Below are positions 58,499 through 64,000 of a stretch of 64,000 nt of DNA, piece by piece; positions within the stretch are counted from its first letter, which is position 1; each line of letters opens with the position of its first letter. A program made the position numbers and the translations under genes. The notes below the pieces were generated by a model, which was not told where the DNA came from, searched no databases, and saw only the letters and a list, made by a program, of their open reading frames with translations. Origin of the DNA: Flavobacteriales bacterium (GTDB lineage Bacteria; Bacteroidota; Bacteroidia; Flavobacteriales_D; Crocinitomicaceae); contig CANJLG010000008.1 in NCBI GenBank assembly GCA_947475095.1, forward strand, positions 21,001-85,000, in the 5' to 3' direction.

Positions 58499-61400
58499 TT
58501 ATGAGGTCGTCGGTAAAACAATTGTAAATGTCGTTCCTAAATTAGGTGATGATTCAAAGAAAATCTGTCCGCCGTGATTCTCTACAATTTGTTTTACTAT
58601 TGAAAGGCCTATGCCGCTTCCTTTTGATTTGGTTGTGAAATGTGGCTGAAATATTTTTTCTTTCTGATCTTCGGGTATTCCCCTCCCATTATCTTGAACA
58701 GAAATAATAATGGTTTGATCTTGATTATATAGGCGTAAATGTATTTGTGAGTCTGGCCTATTAGCGCAGGCCTGGATGCTATTTTTAATTATGTTGTTCA
58801 AAACCTGTATCCATTGTTCTTTATCAATACTAAGAAAACAAGTGTCCAAAACTGCATCGAATGTTATGCTTGCTTTTTTATAAGAAGAAAACATTAAAAG
58901 GACATTACTAATTATTTGAACTAAGTCTGAGTGTGCCTTTTTTGGTTCCGGTAACTGAGCAAAGCTGGAAAAAGCCTTCGCTATTTTTACTAATGCGTCT
59001 ATCTGCTCAATTATTGATTTTCCGACAATTTCTAATTTTTTCTTTGAGTCTGGGTCAGATGGATCATAAACACGAAGTAATTGTTGAACACTTAATTTAA
59101 TCGGAGTAAGAGGGTTATTTATTTCATGGGCAACTTGCTTGGCCATATCCCTCCATGCAGACTCACGTTCATTCGACTTTAATAAATTAATCGCGGCCTC
59201 TAATTCAATAAGTTTGCTATTATATGCATCAACAATTGTGCTGATTTCATCCTTGGCCGTATAAACTATTTGCTGATTCTGCTGACCAAAACTTATAGAT
59301 TTTACTTTTTGTTGAAGCTGTTTAAGCGGCTGGACCAAACGTGTGGATGCTAATAATGAAATAATAATAGCGCCAGCCAAGAGGAGAATAAAAATACTCA
59401 TAATAGACACAAGAAACGACTGTATTTGTTTTTCGTAATCCTCCTGCTTGTTAAAGTGTTGAATGTTTAAATAGCCTAAAATTTGATTGCTTCCATTAAT
59501 AATTGGCACATAAACAGATTGAAAGGATAATTTTCCAATTGTTTCTTTTTGAGAATAAATACTGGATTTATTTAAAAGTTGTTGAAATGCCTGAGGATTT
59601 ATTTGTTCACTCTGTAAACCGAGACTAATTACTTTTGGTTTAGATCCTCCTAAGAGCTGTCCTTTTAGATCATAAATATTAATGTCTGTATCAAAAACGG
59701 TTGCTAATTTAGCAGTAAGCGTTTCAAAGAATGCAGCGTCTTCTGATTTTGTTAAGGCATTGCGAAAGTAGATTTTATTAATTAATTCTATTTCTATTGA
59801 TTTTACCTTTTCTGTGATTGTTTTATTGTTAAAGGATTCGTATTGGCGACTGACGAAAAGGCCGCTTACTGCACCAAAAAATATCAACGATAGGGTTACT
59901 AAAGAAACAGACATTAATTGTATTTTTAAAGCAAGAGTCCAAGTAGACTTTCCTTTTTTAATAAAAACATAAGCGGTATTAAGAACCACCAACAGCAACC
60001 CCCAAAAACAAAAAACGTAAGAAAACGAGGTTAAAACATCGTAATTGGTCTTGATTTTTTCCGATAAAATAACAGCTCGATTATTTCCCTTATAAAGCAT
60101 GTAATGATTATAACCCCCTTGATCGAAGAAAACAGACTTGCCAAGGGGTTTTTTATAAAAAGAAATTGATTTTTGAAAATCAAAATCGCCTCGTTTTGTC
60201 ACTAATTTTCCCGCATAATATTTAGCGATTGAATAATGGCCTATTTCTCTTAAAACATTTGCTTCTTTAGATAATAAAAGTCTAGGAAATCCTATTTCCT
60301 CAGGTATTTTTTTTGATTTAAAAAATAAAACCAAGGTGCCTAAATTACCCGGCATAACTTGCTTAATAATATAATTATAGCCTAAATAAGCATCTTTTAT
60401 AAAGAAAATACTTGAATTAATATCAGATGCTTGCCCATGGTTTTCGAGTAAGTCCTTTATTCTAGTGTTATCTAGCCCGTCTTTGGCGATAATCGTATTG
60501 TTAGATATGTCAAGAATAGCTACGCTTAAAGCATAAGCGTCCCAAGTCCCTGTAAAGTACTTTTGTTCAAAAAAATCACTCACTTTAGCAGTCGTTGGAG
60601 CAATCTCTAAGGATTTAAAATAATTTATCACGATTGTATCCGATATGATTTGGTTTTGAACGGTAGTATATTTTAGTTCCGCCTCCTCATCTCGGTCCGC
60701 TAAAAGCTGGCTAGCATATAATGCTCGAATTGATTTCTCTTTTTTTTCATTGTGGATAGCCAATTCTTTAACAAAGGCCGTGGAAAACAAAGCTAATATG
60801 AGCAGTTGTATTATAATCTTATTACCTCCTGTTGATGTGCCTTGAGTTATGAATGAAATGCAAACCAAAAGAGTTGGGACAAGCAGTGTTAATGTCGTCT
60901 TATCATTAAATTGTCCTCCAACTAGTAAGTAAATAAAAGCAATACTTAAAACAAAACTCCCCTGTACTATTTTCGATGGATTGGTTTCAATAAATTTGGA
61001 GCTCGCTTTGAAAAGTAGATGGTAAAAGCTATAAAAAATGGCAGCAAATAATACTACTATCGTGTAGGAATATACAGATAGCGTGAAAGGAAGGTCTAAG
61101 GTTAATGAAATCGAGGAGTTTTGAACAACTATCTCCAAAAGATCAATGATTAACCACCATATATAATAAAGAAATAGCAACAAAAGATAGCTCGAAAACT
61201 TGTTTTTAATTTGTGTTCCCCAATTAAAAAAAATGAAAATTCCGTAAATAATAACACTGGTGTTGACGAGTAAACTCAGGATGTTTGGGAACAAGCCATT
61301 AAGCGCAAATAAATTAGCTGATTGGTATTCTTGGTTATGAAAAATGTCGGTCGGTAAATAATAAAGCACGAAAATTCTTATTGCTATCAATATTATTAAA

Positions 61401-62086
61401 GATAACAAGCTATAAATGAGGTTGTTTCGTGTTAAAAAATAAAAACCAAACAATAGAAATGCGCAGGATAACACCAATAAAACAAAGGTTATATTGCCAT
61501 TTACTGCAAAAGAACTAGGATTGGGGTTGTCTTTAATATAGAATATATGCTTGCCTTTGTTATCTTTTATTGAATAGCTACCCGTTTTAGACAAAACAAT
61601 GGTTGCGGGGCCATTATAAATAGAGGTGTTAAATGTGTTTTCAAGGTATTCGTTTTCGATTTGATAGTCAGACTGAATTAATATCGAACCTTGAATTATA
61701 GTGTCTCCTTTAACCTTAGAGTAGATATAATAATAGCCATTTTTTAATTTATAGATGCCCTGCTTAGGTTTTGCAGATGTTAAGTGGGACTCCGTGGGCA
61801 TTTGTGTGGTGTTCCAGGATACTAAGTCTTTGTTTATATAGGTGTGGAAAAAAAAGCCGGTTTTATCTGCTGTAGGTTTTTTTGTATTCGCTATTGCATT
61901 ATCTAGCTGTTTTTCTAATTCTGCTAATTGAAGTGAAAATTCATCTTGAATTTTTTGATGAATCGTTTGATTTATTTTTGTCGTATTATCGCGAATATCA
62001 AAAAGGATTGCTGCTGCAAAAAACAGGGCAGAAAATAAAAACCAACTGGTCTTTTTAAGATACTTTAGTACCGTTATTTTTGTCAA
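58499..62086 (-). CDS. Large multi-pass membrane sensor histidine kinase (NtrY-like HisKA)
   Basis: HAMP region, H-box MAKQVAHEINNPLTP, N-box NIIKNS, DNGRG, FTTK..GSGIGL. TTG start uncertain. Confidence 0.9.
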   Translation of the reverse strand: MTKITVLKYLKKTSWFLFSALFFAAAILFDIRDNTTKINQTIHQKIQDEFSLQLAELEKQLDNAIANTKKPTADKTGFFFHTYINKDLVSWNTTQMPTESHLTSAKPKQGIYKLKNGYYYIYSKVKGDTIIQGSILIQSDYQIENEYLENTFNTSIYNGPATIVLSKTGSYSIKDNKGKHIFYIKDNPNPSSFAVNGNITFVLLVLSCAFLLFGFYFLTRNNLIYSLLSLIILIAIRIFVLYYLPTDIFHNQEYQSANLFALNGLFPNILSLLVNTSVIIYGIFIFFNWGTQIKNKFSSYLLLLFLYYIWWLIIDLLEIVVQNSSISLTLDLPFTLSVYSYTIVVLFAAIFYSFYHLLFKASSKFIETNPSKIVQGSFVLSIAFIYLLVGGQFNDKTTLTLLVPTLLVCISFITQGTSTGGNKIIIQLLILALFSTAFVKELAIHNEKKEKSIRALYASQLLADRDEEAELKYTTVQNQIISDTIVINYFKSLEIAPTTAKVSDFFEQKYFTGTWDAYALSVAILDISNNTIIAKDGLDNTRIKDLLENHGQASDINSSIFFIKDAYLGYNYIIKQVMPGNLGTLVLFFKSKKIPEEIGFPRLLLSKEANVLREIGHYSIAKYYAGKLVTKRGDFDFQKSISFYKKPLGKSVFFDQGGYNHYMLYKGNNRAVILSEKIKTNYDVLTSFSYVFCFWGLLLVVLNTAYVFIKKGKSTWTLALKIQLMSVSLVTLSLIFFGAVSGLFVSRQYESFNNKTITEKVKSIEIELINKIYFRNALTKSEDAAFFETLTAKLATVFDTDINIYDLKGQLLGGSKPKVISLGLQSEQINPQAFQQLLNKSSIYSQKETIGKLSFQSVYVPIINGSNQILGYLNIQHFNKQEDYEKQIQSFLVSIMSIFILLLAGAIIISLLASTRLVQPLKQLQQKVKSISFGQQNQQIVYTAKDEISTIVDAYNSKLIELEAAINLLKSNERESAWRDMAKQVAHEINNPLTPIKLSVQQLLRVYDPSDPDSKKKLEIVGKSIIEQIDALVKIAKAFSSFAQLPEPKKAHSDLVQIISNVLLMFSSYKKASITFDAVLDTCFLSIDKEQWIQVLNNIIKNSIQACANRPDSQIHLRLYNQDQTIIISVQDNGRGIPEDQKEKIFQPHFTTKSKGSGIGLSIVKQIVENHGGQIFFESSPNLGTTFTIVLPTTS

Positions 62087-62088
62087 TT

Positions 62089-62730
62089 TTACTTTAAATT
62101 TAACACTTTCAATTTCATTGAACTTATTAATTGATTAAAATCTTCGTCAGCATGGTGATCGTTGCGATAAATGAAATCTGCACTATTCTTATAGGGTAGA
62201 ATATAATTGTTATAACAAGGTAAAGCGTGGTTTTCCCATTGATAAATAATATCTGCCCTGCTATACCCTCTTGTTTCTTGGTCGCGGTATATTCGCCTAT
62301 CCAACTGTATTTCATGCTCAACATCTACAAATATGGTGTAATCAAGTAGTTTTTTAACGCCCGAATAGTGGAAAAGGAAAAGCCCTTCAACAATAATTAA
62401 TCGACTCGGTTGTATCGTTAACAGTACATTTTTACTCGGTGTTGAATTAAAAAAATATTCTTTCACTTCGATCGGCTCACCTTGAGATAAGGTGCTTATA
62501 TCCTTCGTAAGTTGAACCTCGTTTAATGCTGTGGGTAAATCAAAATTAACTATGTTTTTGCTGTCTTTTTGCTGCTGCTCTATTGGATTGTAATAGTTGT
62601 CCATGCTGAATATCGCTGGGTTTTCTTTGTTGAAAAATTCCGCGAGACGTCGTAACAAAGTTGTTTTTCCTGATCCGCTTCCGCCACCTATTCCAATAAT
62701 AATCGTTTTACCTTGAAACTCATTGTTCAT
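62089..62730 (-). CDS. udk: Uridine kinase family protein
   Basis: GGSGSGKTT, MDNYY, NFDLP, IVEG, RRIYRD...RG. Confidence 0.85.
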   Translation of the reverse strand: MNNEFQGKTIIIGIGGGSGSGKTTLLRRLAEFFNKENPAIFSMDNYYNPIEQQQKDSKNIVNFDLPTALNEVQLTKDISTLSQGEPIEVKEYFFNSTPSKNVLLTIQPSRLIIVEGLFLFHYSGVKKLLDYTIFVDVEHEIQLDRRIYRDQETRGYSRADIIYQWENHALPCYNNYILPYKNSADFIYRNDHHADEDFNQLISSMKLKVLNLK

Positions 62731-62840
62731 AATATTACAAAAATAATGATTTACAAAGACTTTCGATTGGTCTCTAAAGTTGTTTTTTTTTATTTTAATG
62801 TGTAGTTTTGACTTATTATTGTTTTTCTAATTTTCGTATA

Positions 62841-63452
62841 ATGGCTCGCTTGTTTTTTTCCTTCTGTTTTTTATTGCTTGGTTCAACTCTTTTAGGACAA
62901 TTAAACCTTAAAGATAATGCGCCCCTTGCAAACGAGGTTTTACCTTCTGCTAATTCAGAAGGGCTTTCCCTAAGCCTTGCCGCTAAAAAAAATGGTTTAG
63001 TGGTTGTTTTTAGTTGTAACACCTGCCCCTTTGTTGTTGGTAGTGAAAGTTTTCCTGGGTGGGAAAATCAATACAACACCTTGTTTGAGCAAGCTATTCG
63101 GCAAGAAATAGGATTTATTCTTGTTAATTCCAATGAAGGTAAACGAGACGGAGCAGATTCCTTCACCGAAATGCAAAAGCATGCGCTGGATAATGGATAT
63201 AAAATGCCTTATTTGTTAGACAACAACTCATTGTTGGCAAATGCATTTGGTGCAAAAACCACTCCTCATGTTTATTTTTTTGACGAAAATCTTAGCTTGA
63301 TTTATCATGGTTCAATTGATAATATCTGGGATAAAGAACGCAAAGAAACAATTCCTTATTTAAGCAACGCAATGCTAGCAAAAAATACAGGAAATAAAAT
63401 TAAAATTAAACAAAGCTCCCCTAAAGGTTGTAGTATAAAAAGAAAACCATAA
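62841..63452 (+). CDS. Exported thioredoxin-fold (AhpC/TSA-like) protein
   Basis: Signal peptide, FSCNTCPFV, GAKTTPH, Y.G.IDN, GCSIK. Start moved to ATG 62841. Confidence 0.88.
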   Translation: MARLFFSFCFLLLGSTLLGQLNLKDNAPLANEVLPSANSEGLSLSLAAKKNGLVVVFSCNTCPFVVGSESFPGWENQYNTLFEQAIRQEIGFILVNSNEGKRDGADSFTEMQKHALDNGYKMPYLLDNNSLLANAFGAKTTPHVYFFDENLSLIYHGSIDNIWDKERKETIPYLSNAMLAKNTGNKIKIKQSSPKGCSIKRKP

Positions 63453-63462
63453 ATTCTTAAAA

Positions 63463-64000
63463 ATGAGTGTTAAACTATTTTTTATCCTTTTTCTAATCGC
63501 GTTATCAGCAGGAGCGCAACAAGGAGATGGAGGAGTTCCTAACAGTTATAAGTTAATCGGGGACAGTAAGTCCTTGGATAAAATTTCTTTTGGGCAACCT
63601 GATATAGCCTTATTAAAAGCTGAGGATTTAATAACTGAAGAGTCTGGGTCTGCTCCTTGGCGTTTTGGGTTTAATAATTATTGTGCTGTTTCTTTGTCAA
63701 ATAGTGGGACATGGACGGTTTTGCCTAACGGTAATAAAATATGGCGTTTATTGGTTCATTGTGAAAAAGCATTGACAGTTAACCTAACTTTTAAAAATGT
63801 AAGTATTCCAGAAGGAAATGAACTTTTTATCTATAATCCTGATAAATCATTTGTCTTGGGGAAATTTACCGCTTATCACACGTATGATGGCCAATTAGGA
63901 ACAGAACTTGTTCCGGGTCAAGATGCTATTATAGAATATTTTATTCCTTTTAATAATCCTGTTGGAAACATAGAATTAGGGATAGTAACTCATGGATACA
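63463..64000 (+). CDS. Secreted lysyl-endopeptidase-like serine protease, signal peptide and propeptide only (3' truncated)
   Basis: Not in the ORF track. Open from ATG 63463 to the window end: MSVKLFFILFLIALSAGAQ...PWRFG...SGTWTVLPNG.KIWRL...IPEG.ELFIYN...IIEY...VTHGY, resembling Achromobacter protease I-type propeptides. Confidence 0.75.
   Translation, partial: MSVKLFFILFLIALSAGAQQGDGGVPNSYKLIGDSKSLDKISFGQPDIALLKAEDLITEESGSAPWRFGFNNYCAVSLSNSGTWTVLPNGNKIWRLLVHCEKALTVNLTFKNVSIPEGNELFIYNPDKSFVLGKFTAYHTYDGQLGTELVPGQDAIIEYFIPFNNPVGNIELGIVTHGY

Noticed and set aside
674..63182. Numerous 60-125 aa ORFs antisense or out of frame within long genes (e.g. 15040-15408, 25394-25768, 41230-41547)
   Set aside because: All lie within or across well-supported genes and show no recognisable motifs. 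Treated as shadow ORFs.

Overview
AT-rich, gene-dense chromosomal segment of a Bacteroidota bacterium. The assignment rests on T9SS C-terminal sorting domains, TAnnTTTG promoters, and the conserved DUF4270/glgA-like/panC and asnS-rpoN blocks. A Flavobacteriales relative such as Crocinitomicaceae is my guess, not something shown. Most of the window is housekeeping: ppk1, galE, tatD, ansA, pth, asnS, rpoN, glmS, panCD, hemL, kynU, purN, acpP-fabF-rnc, sdhCAB, ispD/ispG, cysS, pepP, truB, uppP, ftsX, udk. Five regions stand out. (1) A tightly coupled six-gene operon at 15893-22797 encodes a stand-alone adenylation enzyme, a GNAT, a carrier protein, two exported SGNH proteins (one with LysM) and an MBOAT with a fused DltX-like C-terminal motif. 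It looks like a Dlt/Pat hybrid that could put an (N-acyl)aminoacyl group on a cell-envelope glycan. (2) tRNA-Ser(GGA) is followed by two extra copies of its 3' end, starting at the T-loop and bracketing two small, highly structured inserts, with no integrase in view. (3) A candidate phosphate-stress cluster: ppk1, a PlcP-like phosphoesterase plus glycosyltransferase, and a choice-of-anchor I protein. (4) Late carotenoid genes are translationally coupled behind hemL. (5) A T9SS protein carries a long Gly-rich, Cys-punctuated domain. I saw no CRISPR array, rRNA, transposase or integrase. All calls come from reading motifs by eye; no searches were run.
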